Shown here: piece after piece, positions 36,480-47,964 of the stretch | Layout: every line of letters begins with the position of its first letter | How positions within the stretch are numbered: the stretch's first letter is position 1 | DNA from: Chiloscyllium plagiosum | Taxonomy: Eukaryota | NCBI RefSeq assembly: GCF_004010195.1 | Contig: NC_057739.1 | Coordinates: 45,741,356 to 45,805,355 of the forward strand | Length of the DNA stretch: 64,000 bases | Reading direction: 5' to 3' | Notes under the pieces: generated by a model | Told to the model about the DNA's origin: nothing | Seen by the model: only the letters and a program-made list of their open reading frames with translations | The model's database searches: none | Program-made: the position numbers and the translations under genes

Positions 36480-37505
36480 AGAGATTATTTGATTTTAAAG
36501 AATGTAATTAACAGGGTAAAGGGGAATCAGGAAATGTAGTAATGTGGATTTCCAATATCCATGGATTGGGATCAATCGGTCAAAGAAGGGTCCTGGAGTT
36601 TGGGTAATGTGTTCATGTGGACAGAAGATTGGTTAATGAACAGGAACCAGAGATTAGGGATGAATAGAGCATATACAAGTGACAGGATGTTCTCATTGGA
36701 CTGCTGCAAGGACTGGCACTCCAATTGTTTACAATTAATATCAATGACTTTGATGAAAAGGCAGAGTTTTGTATCTGAGTTTGAGGATTATACAAAGCTA
36801 GGTGCGGAGACCACAGTATCTGCAAAGAGCTATCGAATGGAGAGTAAAGTCAGGAAGTGTGAGGTTATTGTTTGAGAATACAAATAGAAAAGCAGAATAT
36901 GTTTGAAAGGGATGAAACTTCTTCATGTTGATGTTCGGAGCGAGTTAGCATGGAGGTAGAACATGGCATTAGGAAGGCCAATGGCATGTGCCCTTTATTT
37001 GCAATGCAAGAATGCAGAAAGCATTTTACAGTACGACAGAGTGTTGGTGGGACCATCCCAACAATGTGCAATTTCCATATTGAAGAAAGGCTAATCCTGC
37101 ATTGGGAGGTGTTACAGTAAAGGTTCAGGAAATTCGTAACTGGGATAAAGGGCTCTCCTCCGATCAGTGAATTGGGCCTGTACTCGCTGGTGTTCAGCTC
37201 AATGTGAGGTGACCTCATTGAAACATTGAAGATGATGAGGGGCTTGACAGGGTCGACACTGAGAGGAGGGGGGTTTCTTCTTGGGTGGGACCATAGAACA
37301 AGGGGCACAGTCTCAGGATAAGGGGGGATCACTGAGGGCTGGGATATGGAGACATTTCTTCACTCAGAGAGTTGTGAATCTTTGGAACCCTCCAGAAGGT
37401 GTTTCCTGAGTGAATTTACAGTTGGGATAGACAGATAACTTGTCTCCCAGGAAATAAAGAGATATGGTGAAATGGAGTATCAGCACAAGGGGCCAATTGG
37501 TCTAC
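36480..37505 (+). mobile_element. Degenerate CR1-clade LINE fragment
   Basis: W.EDWLMNRNQRLG, FTININDFDE, GGTGACCTCATTGAAACATT.AAGATGATGAGGGGCTTGACAGGGT, TTCTTCACTCAGAGAGTTGTGAATCTTTGGAA. Confidence 0.75.
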
Positions 37506-37754
37506 TCTTAGATTTTTAGTAAAAGACAAAAGGGCACTGATTTCTCACCCAGTGAGTACATGTGGTGTGGAAGGCACTGCCTGGAAATGTGGTTCAATGA
37601 TTCAACTGAGCCATTCAAGAGGGAATTTGGAAAGAAACAATGTGCAGAGAAATGGCACAAAATCAGACTGCTCTTTGGAGGGCCAGTACAGACATAATAG
37701 GCAAGTTTCCTTCTGCATTATAAAAATGCTGTGATTCTTTCTGATCTAGATCAG

Positions 37755-40020
37755 AAGTCACATGACACCAGGTTATAGTCCAATAGGTTTATTTGAAATC
37801 ACAAGCTTTTGAAGTGCTGCTCCTTCATCAGGTAAAGTGACGGGAAACACACAGGCACAGAATTTGTTGGCAGAGAGATCAAAAGATTGTACAAATGGTG
37901 TGAGTGGAGTGTGACAGGCTGAATAATAAGTCTTTGCGGGTGATCAAAAGTGTCAGGCGGCGAGAGTAAAGTGTCACCAGCTGAATAGCAAGTGAAGGGA
38001 TGACCTATAATCCGATTAATTGAGGGTCAGAGATAATTACAAAAAATAATGGTGGTGCTGGAGACAAATCAAATGGCTGGAATAACATGATAGGTATCAG
38101 AGTCACATGCTGAGGGTCCAACCAAAGTAACAAGTAATCCAAAACTGCACAAACTAATTAAGGTGGAGAGATCATAACAAATTATCAAGGTGATGGTGTC
38201 AAAACAGGACAGTAAGAAAGATTTTACAAGTAGAGAACTGTGGTGGGGTTACATGTAGCGCGTCATGAACCCAAGATCATGATTGAAGCCATCTTCATGG
38301 ATATGGAACTTGGCTAGTAGTTTCTGCTTGGCAATTCTGTGTTGTTGTGTATCTCGAAGGCTGCCTTGGGGGATGCTTACCCAAAGATCAGAGGCTGCAT
38401 GCCCTTTACCACTGGAGTGTTCTCCGTCTGAGGAGGAACATTTCTGTCTGGCCATTCATCCATTGCTGTAGAGTCTGCATAGTCTCACCAAATATACCAG
38501 GCCTTGGGGCATCCTTGCCTGTAGCATATGAGGTAAAGAATATTGGCCGAGTCACATGAGTATCTGCCATGTATGTGGTGGGTGGTGTTCCCAGGTGTAG
38601 TATCAGTGTTGATGATCTCACATGTCTTGCAGAGGTCCCGTGGCAGGGCTGTTTTATATGGTAAATGTTGTTCTCCTGAAGGCTGGGTAGCTTGCTGCGA
38701 ACAATGGACTGTTTAAGGTTTAGCGATTGTTTAAAGGTGAGAAGTGGAGGTGTAGGGATGATGTTGACAAGATATTGGTGACGTGTTGAAGGCTGTGAAG
38801 AACATGGCATACTGAACGACAAGGGGCACTCTATCAGTCATATCCTGTGTCTGTCTTCTGAGGAGGTCAAAGTTAGAAAGCACACTACACCAGATTATAG
38901 TCCAACAGGTTTATTTAGAGTCTCTAGCTTTCAAAGTGCTGCTTCTTCATCAGGTAGATGAAGGAGCAGCGCTTCAAAAGCTAGAGCCTTTGAATAAACC
39001 TGTTGGACTATAAACTTGTGTTGTGTGATTTTTAACTTTGACACCTCAGTCTAACACCGGCTCCTCCAAATGCTGAGGAGGTCATTGCAGTTTTTCACTG
39101 TGGCATATTGGAACTGCCAATTGATGGGTTGAGCATCATATCCCATTCTTATGAGGGCATCCTTCAAAATCTTTTGGTGTCTATTGCATTCCTCCTAGTC
39201 TGAGCAGATCCTGTGTATGCGTCAGGCTTGTCCACAGACCCTCAGCCTGTGACTCTGATATGTCATGTTATTTCAGACATTTGATTTGTCTCCAGAATCA
39301 TTTTATTTTTGTAATTATCTGTCTCAATTAATCATACTATAGGTCATCCCTTCACTTGTTATTCATGTGTTGACACTTTACTCTTGCTGTCTGACACTTT
39401 TGATCACCTGCAGAGACTTGTCATTTCAGCGGGTGGACACTCCACTCACACCATTTGTTCAACCTTTACATCTCTCTGCCTATAAATTCTGTGCCTGTGT
39501 GCTTCACTTCACCTGACAAAGGCGCTCTGAAAGCTCGTGATTTCAAATAGAGAACAGCTTTGGGGAGTATTTTGTTTGGATAATCAAATGTTCGGATAAC
39601 TGATCTGCTGGCCGCACCCACGGGGAGCGAGTGTGAGACCAGGTTGCAGCTCCCCTGGTGATTGGCCAGTGGTGTCACATGTTCCTGTTGCTAGAGGAAC
39701 GCTGTTGTCCCAGATCCAGCTTCTCTCACTCTCTTATTTCAGCTTTAATTTAATATGTAGCTATTATGCTATGACACAGGATCTTTGTTTCAAATAGAGT
39801 ATCACACTTCAAGTGATACAGGATGGAGCAGAAGATTTTTAAGCTCTCAGGTCTCAGGTTTTGTCATTGTTACAGTTTACCCAAACACCAGGACCTTGAG
39901 ATCTTGTTTGGATAATCCGAAATTTGGATAATCGAGGTTCGAATAACCAAGGTTGCTCTGTAAACCTGTTGGATAATAACAGGTCCACCCCAGTCCAACA
40001 CCGACACCTCCACATCTGTC
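37755..40020 (-). mobile_element. Penelope-like element fragment with ~330-bp inverted terminal copies, a nested palindromic derivative (38870-39070) and a nested DNA-transposon MITE
   Basis: 37790-38120 is the reverse complement of 39236-39548. Minus-strand GETMQTLQQWMNGQ and QQHRIAKQKLLAKF..HEDGFN (GIY-YIG C-terminus). Degenerate hammerheads at ~37800 and ~39510. Confidence 0.75.
39548..39962. mobile_element. Tc1/mariner-pogo (Tigger-like) MITE inserted at TA
   Basis: Splits the PLE terminal sequence TTTCAAA-TA|AACCTGTTGGA. Repeated TTGGATAATC(C)GA subterminal motifs and a GGTTGCTCTG-TA end. Confidence 0.5.
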
Positions 40021-40798
40021 TGGTTTAGTTAGGGCATTAAAGGGAATTATAGTACCTGATAAGATTTGCAAAGATAAGCTAATTCCTCTGGGTTGGGGAG
40101 GGGGGACACGGAGTGACTCGAGAACAAGGTTTGTGGGGTGGGTGGGTCTAGTGCAGAACCTGAACATTGGGGCCTGGGGCTGTTCAGGGTTAGCATCGAG
40201 TGGTAATTTCTCACAAAAGGGAACGGAAATTGGAACTCTTCACCTTCCCCCAAAACTCAAAACAAAAACCAAGTGATTGAACTGTGTCTGAGTGAGCATG
40301 AATCCTGAGTGTTTGCAGCAAACCACTATCAGGAGAAAAAAATCAAACCAGAGATTCATACATTGTTGTTCAACAACAATTTTCAAGATCCTGGAGATTA
40401 AAACATCTGTCAACCTTCAACAATAGAATGAAAGAATAGGAAGAGAGGCTGAATGGCCTCCTCCAGGACACAGGGCAAACACGAGGACTGCAGGTGCTGG
40501 AGGTTAGAGTCAAGATTAGAGTGGTGCTGGAAAAGTACAGCAGGTCAGGCAGCATCCGGGGAGCAGGAAAATCCTCCAGGACACAGTTTGATCAACAGCC
40601 AGCGTGAGAAACATGGGAGCTCCAATCACATGGTTAGGATTGCACATGTACTGGATGCATGCAGTTGGCAAACAATGGGAACGTGATTGGCTGATTGGCA
40701 TTGCTCAGTGGTAGCCCAAGAGACAGTGGTTAGAGAACTACATGTGTTTGATATCTGATCTTCACCACAATTACCTTTCATTGACTGACAATTGACAG

Positions 40799-40877
40799 AT
40801 CTCAGCCAACAAACCCGCTCTACAGAACGACGAACCAGACTTACGGCAACCAGCAGCCAACTGTTCATGAAATGCCG
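40799..40877 (+). CDS. PIERCE1: PIERCE1 exon 2
   Basis: Branch-like GACTGAC, ttgacag|A TCT; [26 protein letters not shown]; donor CCG|gtaaga. Confidence 0.9.
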
Positions 40878-40994
40878 GTAAGAAATGTCACTTCCTGAAA
40901 TCAGCTGGTTTCAGTCATTTCAGAGAAATGTAAAACCCAATGGAGTGGAATAGACTATTTATAGTTTCTGTCCAGTTTAACACGTTCAACATAA

Positions 40995-42483
40995 GTGGGA
41001 GCTGTACCCCAGTGAGAGTCAGTGTGTGTGGGAGCTGTACCCCAGTGAGAGTCAGTGTGTGAGGGACTGTACCCCAGTGAGAGTCAGTGTGTGTGGGAGC
41101 TGTACTCAGTGAGAGTCAGTGTGTGTGGGACTGGACCCCAGTGAGAGTCAGTGTGTGTGGGAGCTGTACCCCAGTGAGAGTCAGTGTGTGTGGGAGCTGT
41201 ACCCCAGTGAGAGTCAGTTTGTGTGGGACTGTACCCCAGTGAGAGTCAGTGTATGTGGGACTGCACCCCAGTGAGAATCAGTGTGTGTGGGAGCCGTACC
41301 CCAGTGAGAGTCAGTGTGTGTGGGAGCTGTACCCCAGTGAGAGTCAGTGTGTGTGGGAATGTACCCCAGTGAGAATCAGTGTGTGTGGGATGCGTACCCC
41401 AGTGAGAATCAGTGTGTGTGGGATTGGACCCCAGTGAGAGTCAGTATGTGTGGGAGCCGTACCCCAGTGAGAGTCAGTGTGTGAGGGAGCCGTATCCCAG
41501 TGAGAGTCAGTATGTGTGGGAGCCGTACCCCAGTGAGAGTCAGTGTGTGTGGGTCTGTACCCCAGGGAGAGTCAGTGTGTGTGGGACTGTAACCCAGTGA
41601 GAGTCAGTGTGTGTGGGTCTGTACCCCAGGGAGAGTCAGTGTGTGTGGGAGCTGTACCCCAGTGAGAGTCAGTGTGTGTGGGAGCTGTACCCCAGTGAGA
41701 GTCAGTGTGTGTGGGAGCTGTACCCCAGTGAGAGTCAGTGTGTGTGGGAGCTGTACCCCAGTGAGAGTCAGTGTGTGTGGGAGCTGTACCCCAGTGAGAG
41801 TCAGTGTGTGTGGGAGCTGTACCCCAGTGAGAGTCAGTGTGTGTGGGAGCTGTACCCCAGTGAGAGTCAGTGTGTGTGGGAGCTGTACCCCAGTGAGAGT
41901 CAGTGTGTGTGGGAGCTGTACCCCAGTGAGAGTCAGTGTGTGTGGGAGCTGTACCCCAGTGAGAGTCAGTGTGTGTGGGAGCTGTACCCCAGTGAGAGTC
42001 AGTGTGTGTGGGAGCTGTACCCCAGTGAGAGTCAGTGTGTGTGGGAGCTGTACCCCAGTGAGAGTCAGTGTGTGTGGGAGCTGTACCCCAGTGAGAGTCA
42101 GTGTGTGTGGGAGCTGTACCCCAGTGAGAGTCAGTGTGTGTGGGAGCTGTACCCCAGTGAGAGTCAGTGTGTGTGGGAGCTGTACCCCAGTGAGAGTCAG
42201 TGTGTGTGGGAGCTGTACCCCAGTGAGAGTCAGTGTGTGTGGGAGCTGTACCCCAGTGAGAGTCAGTGTGTGTGGGAGCTGTACCCCAGTGAGAGTCAGT
42301 GTGTGTGGGAGCTGTACCCCAGTGAGAGTCAGTGTGTGTGGGAGCTGTACCCCAGTGAGAGTCAGTGTGTGTGGGAGCTGTACCCCAGTGAGAGTCAGTG
42401 TGTGTGGGAGCTGTACCCCAGTGAGAGTCAGTGTGTGTGGGAGCTGTACCCCAGTGAGAGTCAGTGTGTGTGGGAGCTGTACC
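40995..42483. repeat. 33-bp minisatellite (GGGAGCTGTACCCCAGTGAGAGTCAGTGTGTGT) filling PIERCE1 intron 2
   Basis: ~45 tandem units; variant units at the 5' end, identical units from ~41640. Confidence 0.97.
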
Positions 42484-42613
42484 AGTGGGTTGAGGGTGGG
42501 GACTGGGTTGAGGGTGTGGGAGGAGAGTGGGTTGAGTATAGGAGATTTGTAGCAGATTGCAGTGGGTGTAATTTGCCCCCATCCTCATCGTTGCTGACCA
42601 CTTGTCTTTCCAG

Positions 42614-42802
42614 ACCAGTTACTTTACAGTATCTCAGAAACTTTCTGAACATTTAAGTAAATGTGGGATGTACAAGGACCACGGATTTAATGTGGGCACG
42701 GAGAAATCGCTGGTCACTGGACCAGAAAACCTGATCACATTCCAGGATCGGCTGAACTTTCATCGCTCCTATTTCTCCGCCGGTCCTTCCTACACAGATT
42801 AG
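42614..42802 (+). CDS. PIERCE1: PIERCE1 terminal exon
   Basis: ttccag|ACC; TSYFTVSQKLSEHLSKCGMYKDHGFNVGTEKSLVTGPENLITFQDRLNFHRSYFSAGPSYTD*. Confidence 0.92.
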   Translation, partial: TSYFTVSQKLSEHLSKCGMYKDHGFNVGTEKSLVTGPENLITFQDRLNFHRSYFSAGPSYTD

Positions 42803-42896
42803 GCAAGGCCCTGTGTCCACGCAAACTCCAAACTCAAAGATATTGCTGCAGTGTCCAAAACACTGCCAACCCTCTGTGGAACATGTCATTCATTGT

Positions 42897-42902
42897 ATTA
42901 AA
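42897..42902 (+). promoter_or_regulatory. Candidate PIERCE1 polyadenylation signal
   Basis: ATTAAA ~95 nt after the stop, followed by U-rich TTTGTCTTTTGATTT. Confidence 0.5.
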
Positions 42903-43034
42903 AAGATTTATTCAAATACAAACTCAAAACTATTTGTCTTTTGATTTAAAACAAAATCACATTGTTTCAACCGTTACAACTGGTGTTCAATCAGAGATAG
43001 AAATTCAAATCACAGAGATTAAGTTCCTAATTTA

Positions 43035-44005
43035 GACACAGTCAGTACTGACAGAGTGCCTCACTGTTAGAGAGTCAGTACTGACAGAGTGCCTCACTGT
43101 TAGAGGGTCAGTGCTGAGGGAGTGCCGCACTGTTGGAGGATCAGTGCTGAGGGAGTGCCGCACTGTCAGAGGGTCAGTGCTGAGGGAGTGCCGCACTGTC
43201 AGAGGGTCAGTGCTGAGGGAGTGCCACACTGTCAGAGGGTCAGTGCTGAGGGAGTGCCACGCTTTCAGAGAGTCAGCGCTGAGGGAGTGCCACACTGTCA
43301 GAGGGTCAGCGTTTAGGGAGTGCCGCACTGTCGGAGGGTCAGTGCTGAGGGAGTGGGCACTCTCACAGGGTCAGTGCTGAGGGAGTGCCGCACTGTCTGA
43401 GGGTCAGTGCTGAGGGAGTGCCGGACTGTCGGAGGGTCAGTGCTGAGGGAGCGCCGGACTGTCGGAGGATCAGTGCTGAGGGAGTGCTGCACTGTCGGAG
43501 GGTCAGTGCTGAGGGAGTGCTGCACTGTCATTGGATCAGTGCTGAGGGAATACCACAGTCATATGGTCAGTGCTGAGGGAATACCACACTGTCATATGGT
43601 CAGTGCTGAGGGAGTGCCACACTGTCATAGGGTTAGTGCTGCACTGTCATAGGATCAATGCTGAGAGAGTGCCACACTGTCGGAGGGTCAGTGCTGAGGG
43701 AGTGTCATGCTGTCGGACAGTCAGTGCTGAGGCAGTGCCGCACTGTCAGAGGATCAGTGCTGAGGAAGTGCGGCACTGTCATTGGATCAGTGCTGAGGGA
43801 GTACCACAGTCATATGGTCAGTGCTGAGGGAGTGCCACACTGTCATATGGTCAGTGCTGAGGGAGTGCCACACAGTCATAGGGTCAGTGCTGAGAGAGTA
43901 CCACACTGTCGGAGGGTCATCGCTGACGGAGTGCTGCGCTGTCAGAGGGTAAGTGCTGAGGGAGTGCTGTACTGTTGGAGGGTCATTGCTGAGAGAGTGT
44001 TTCTC
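43035..44005. repeat. 33-bp minisatellite (same family as 7405-8700)
   Basis: ~29 diverged GGTCAGTGCTGAGGGAGTGCCGCACTGTC.GAG units. Confidence 0.95.
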
Positions 44006-44937
44006 AGTTAAAGACATCATATATTTTAGATAAAACATTAATCCAAGAACTGATTTTTTTTTGCGTTTTTCTATTTGTGTTCCGATCCCAATTGTTTCCC
44101 TCATTGCGAATGTCCATTGACCTGTTACTAGTGTTTCTGGGGACTCACTGCTGGAGTGTTACAGTTACTGGCTATCATTCCCTTCCGGCAGTTTCTCAAA
44201 ATAATGAGTGAGCATACTATAGACTGTTCCATGTGTAGGATGACAATATCTGAATACTTTTGAAAGTGCTGGAATGTTGCTGAATGCAAGATATTAAACC
44301 AGTCTGTGGTGAGTGTTGGAAAGCAGGGCTGTGCTGGCCAGAGATGAACCTTACGTAATTCCAGTCTCACAAGCTGAAGCTGTGATCACTCTCAATGGAT
44401 TGAGCAATGTGCACCCATTGCTAAAGAGCTACAGGAATGTTGGCAAGCTTAAATATAATTACCAGAAATCAAACACAGTAAGATGAAGCATTTCCAGTTT
44501 CAGACTCCAGACTGTAGAATGCTGATGCTAAAGCTGGCTCCTGGCTTTTAAAAAATAAATGCTTCTGTTTTCTCCCCCTCTTGTACATTTGTGAACCGTA
44601 TTCTTCTCCTTTATTAGGTCAGGTTAGATTTTATCAAACCTGTTTGGTCTCTTGTTACTCCTACTCAGAGATCCTTTATAACATTTTCAATGCACATATC
44701 CAACCTCCATAAGTTTCCTGTTGGCATTTTGCAGAAAAAGACCAAAGTTCACCAGAAGTTTTGGCAATTGGGCACCATCACATATTTATCATTGTGCTTC
44801 TATGCCTTACTTGCTTATGTCTTCAGTAACACAGCGATTGGCATAAAATGTATCTTCAAGCTCCCATGGTCAAAGCGAAACTTTCCTTCACACAGCCTTT
44901 GCAGCTGTTTACTATTTCACAGTTGACATTTTTCTGA

Positions 44938-45041
44938 TTTGGAGACGCTGGTGTTGTCAACCACCTGATGAAGGAGCAGTGCTCCAAAAGCTAGTGCTTC
45001 TAATTAAACCTGTTGGACTATAACCTGGTGTTGTGTGATTT
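44938..45041 (+). mobile_element. Short hammerhead-bearing Penelope-derived insertion with 15-bp TSD
   Basis: TSD TTGACATTTTTCTGA at 44923-44937 and 45042-45056; CAC-CTGATGA-A-GGAGC AGT GCTCC-AAAAGCTA-GTG at 44962-44996. Confidence 0.8.
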
Positions 45042-45269
45042 TTGACATTTTTCTGAACTGTTCTAAAGTGTGCATTCCCTCAGACCTTATTCTGAATATC
45101 GTGAGGAGTCTCGCTGATACATGTTTTACATTTCTTGGCCAGGGTGTACAATGCAATTAAAATTTCAATTGCAAAATTTTAATGAGCCCAGTATTTTAAC
45201 AAAGGGATTGAACACCTTGTCCCCTGGGCCTTTCATTCAACCATTTGCCCTTTTGTGCCTGTTATTGTT

Positions 45270-45562
45270 TTATAATTCGTTTGCAGGATGAAGGCATTGC
45301 TGGCTGGGCCAGCATTTATTGCCCATCTTTGGTTGTTTAGAGGACAGTTAAGAGTCAGCCATGTTGCTGTCACATGTAGGCCAGACCAGATGAACCAGAT
45401 GGGTTTTTCCAACAATAACAATGGTTTTCACGGTCATCATCAGACCTTGAAATCTAGATTTCTATTGCATTCCACTTCCACTGTCTGTCATGGGTCCCTC
45501 AGACATGTCCTGGGCCTCTGGATTCTCAGTCCAGTAATAATACCCCTAGGCCATTACCCATA
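45270..45562 (-). mobile_element. tRNA-headed SINE (second family)
   Basis: GGCATTGCTGGCTGGGCCAGCATTTATTGCCCATC..AAGAGTCAGCCA..CACATGTAGGCCAGACCAG. Confidence 0.6.
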
Positions 45563-45685
45563 GCAACATCTTTGGCAACGCATATATTTATGGAATATGA
45601 GAATGGGAATTAGACATTACTGATTGCAAAGGATTTATCAGTGATTACTTGGAGCTGAGCAGTTAAAAGACTAAAGGAGACTACA

Positions 45686-45901
45686 AAGTTTGTGAGAAGA
45701 ACTCCATCAACAAACACATTGACCTGGACCCAATATACCGGCCACTACAGCGGACAGCTGAAACTGACAACCGGAAGCGGCAGGGACAGGCCACTATAAA
45801 TGCCGGAGGAAACACCACAGAAGCGCTTCACAGGATGTCACCTAGACAGGGGACGAAACGTTTGCAACAAAAACTTCCAGCTCGGCGAACAGAACCACAA
45901 C
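45686..45901 (+). mobile_element. CpG-rich Penelope-like 3'-end insertion with 12-bp TSD
   Basis: TSD AAGGAGACTACA at 45674-45685 and 45902-45913; NSINKHIDLDPIYRPL C-terminal peptide; partial hammerhead GTCACCTAGACAGGGGAC-GAAACGTT. Confidence 0.8.
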
Positions 45902-46079
45902 AAGGAGACTACAGTCTATTTACTGAGTAAAATAAGTGAATTTGGAAAGTAGTGCCTACAGAAGTTTACAGAGGAGGCAAATGTGGAGTTTTATTGCTTT
46001 AGTTGTTGAGCAAACAGACCTGAAAAAACCCTAATGGGTCTATGCTGCCATAGCCTATCAACAGCCTCTTGCCGACCAT

Positions 46080-46410
46080 CATGAGACTTGACAGGGTAAA
46101 TGTAGTTCCCCATGAGAGAGTCTAGGTCCAGAGGGCATAGTCTCAGAATAAAGCAGCACCAATTTAAGACTGAGATGAGGAGCAATTCTGCTCTCAGTGG
46201 GTTAAGCATCTTTGGAACTCCTTGCCACAGAGAGCTGTGGGGACAGAATCTGTGTATATTTAAAGCAAGGATCGATGGATTCTTGAATCAGTGAATCAAG
46301 TGTTACAGGGAAAAGGCAGGAAAATGAATGAAAGCAACATCAGATCAGCCACAATTCTATTGAATGGCACAACAGTTTTGAGGGGATGAATGGCCTACTC
46401 CTGTTCCTAG
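46080..46410 (+). mobile_element. CR1-clade LINE 3' fragment
   Basis: ESRSRGHSLRIK..FKTEMRSN; tail GAATGGCCTACTCCTGTTCCTA. Confidence 0.75.
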
Positions 46411-47599
46411 AAACTGTAGACAGTTGTGAGAGAAGTTTAGTCGAAGGTTGAATTATTGTCTCAGCTTGTCTGAGTCAGAGCTTAGAGCTAAACGCAGCAT
46501 TGTCTATATTTCTCTCAGTGAAACAATTTAGGGGATTACAAACTGATAAAAATGTCAAATACCAGGACTCTGGTTTTTTAGCTGAACTTAAAATTGGGTC
46601 TGCATGTTCCCATCATTCAGTGACTGAAAATAAAGTGAACTATTTGACAAGAAACTAAAAGAACCACGATAAAGTCACCTCATTCTTACTATCTCGTCAG
46701 ACTTCATGGTTGACAGCGGTTTCCTTTGTCGTTTCTGTGTAAGAATGTGTGTATGTTTGGAATCAGGGCAGGCCTATCATTTCATTCACATAGCTTAGTC
46801 AAGAAGCAGCTTTCCACTTGTTTAACAAAGTGGTCTGTTTGTAATAAATGCGTTATTTTTGGGTTTATTGAAATGACCAGTGAAAACATCTTGCTTTCGT
46901 TAACAATAACAACCAGAAAGAAAACTGACCATTTTTGATGCTTAAGGCATTTTCAGTACAGCTTGCAGACATAGAGCTTCACTTCCCAAACCCTCCTCCT
47001 GCCAGTGGGAACAGCAGGAAAGGGATCGATCCTCTTCTCTCATTCGTTTAGACCACGGCCAATCTGTGTCTCAGCTCCAAAGTATTGTCTGACTTTCTCA
47101 CATATCACAAATCACTTCATCGCTCAGATTCTGTAGTCACATCAACAAGTCAATCAATTCAAGTTTAGAAATTTCAGTAGCCCTCCAGCATTCACAGCCT
47201 TTGTGAGGAAGAGAGTTTCAGATTTTCCTGAAACTAATTGACAAATGTTTCCTCACATCAATAGCCTGGCTTTAGTTTAAAGGTCTGGACTGGAGAACAA
47301 CAGCAATATTTCTTTGAGTCTGTTCTAGCTAAACCAGCATCAAATTTTAAAACACTTGGAAAAAATATAGATATATTCATTAAAAAGACATTTGCCCCAC
47401 AGTCTCAAATTCACTTTCTCTTAAAGTCCAAGGTTAGGGACTTGGATTTGAAAATGCCCAATACAAGTTTGTCTACATTTTTTTTGAACAGCACGAAAGG
47501 ATGGCTGTTCACTTGTGGCATCTTGCAACGGTGAAAAAATGACATTGTAGCTCCCTCTTGTGTACTGTTAAGCAGGGCTGATGCCTAGGTAGAAATGTC

Positions 47600-47860
47600 A
47601 GATACCAGTCTCCCAGTGCAGAACTGATATGAGTGCCATGCTGTCAGACGGTCAGTCTCTGCTGAGGGAGAGCTGCATTGAAGGGTGGTACTGAAGATGC
47701 ACTGTAGTCTTACAGAGTCAATGCTGTGGAAGTGCAGCATTGTCAGAGAGTCAGTGTTGAAACATTGCAACATTATCAGAGGGTCAGTACGGAGGGAGCT
47801 TTACACTATTGCAGGGTCAGTGGTACACTAGGAGAGGTGGAGTCTTTTGGATGAGATGAG
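47600..47860 (+). mobile_element. Deu-domain SINE remnant with degenerate 33-bp repeat expansion
   Basis: CTCCCAGTGCAG.ACTGA..(33-bp units)..GAGGTG..GTCTTTTGGATGAGATG. Confidence 0.5.
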
Positions 47861-47964
47861 GAAGAAACCCTTCATCCATTCCTGCTCCTCGGATGCTGCC
47901 TGACCTGCTGTGCCTTTACAGCACCACTCTGATTTCCAGCATCTGCAGTCCTCACTTTTGCCTA

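Larger units (their letters stand above)
40799..42802 (+). other. PIERCE1: PIERCE1 (C9orf116) gene, visible coding exons 2-3; exon 1 not visible
   Basis: The joined peptide ..[20 protein letters not shown]|TSYFTVSQKLSEHLSKCGMYKDHGFNVGTEKSLVTGPENLITFQDRLNFHRSY.. matches recalled human YRTSNQAYGSRAPTVHEMP..EKSIVTGPDNCITSCDRLNFHPSY. Confidence 0.9.

Noticed and set aside
41572-42656. Long 313-349 aa repetitive ORFs (WELYPSESQCV)n and others
   Set aside because: These are translations of a 33-bp minisatellite open in several frames on both strands, inside PIERCE1 intron 2. Only the separate 42614-42802 exon is coding.
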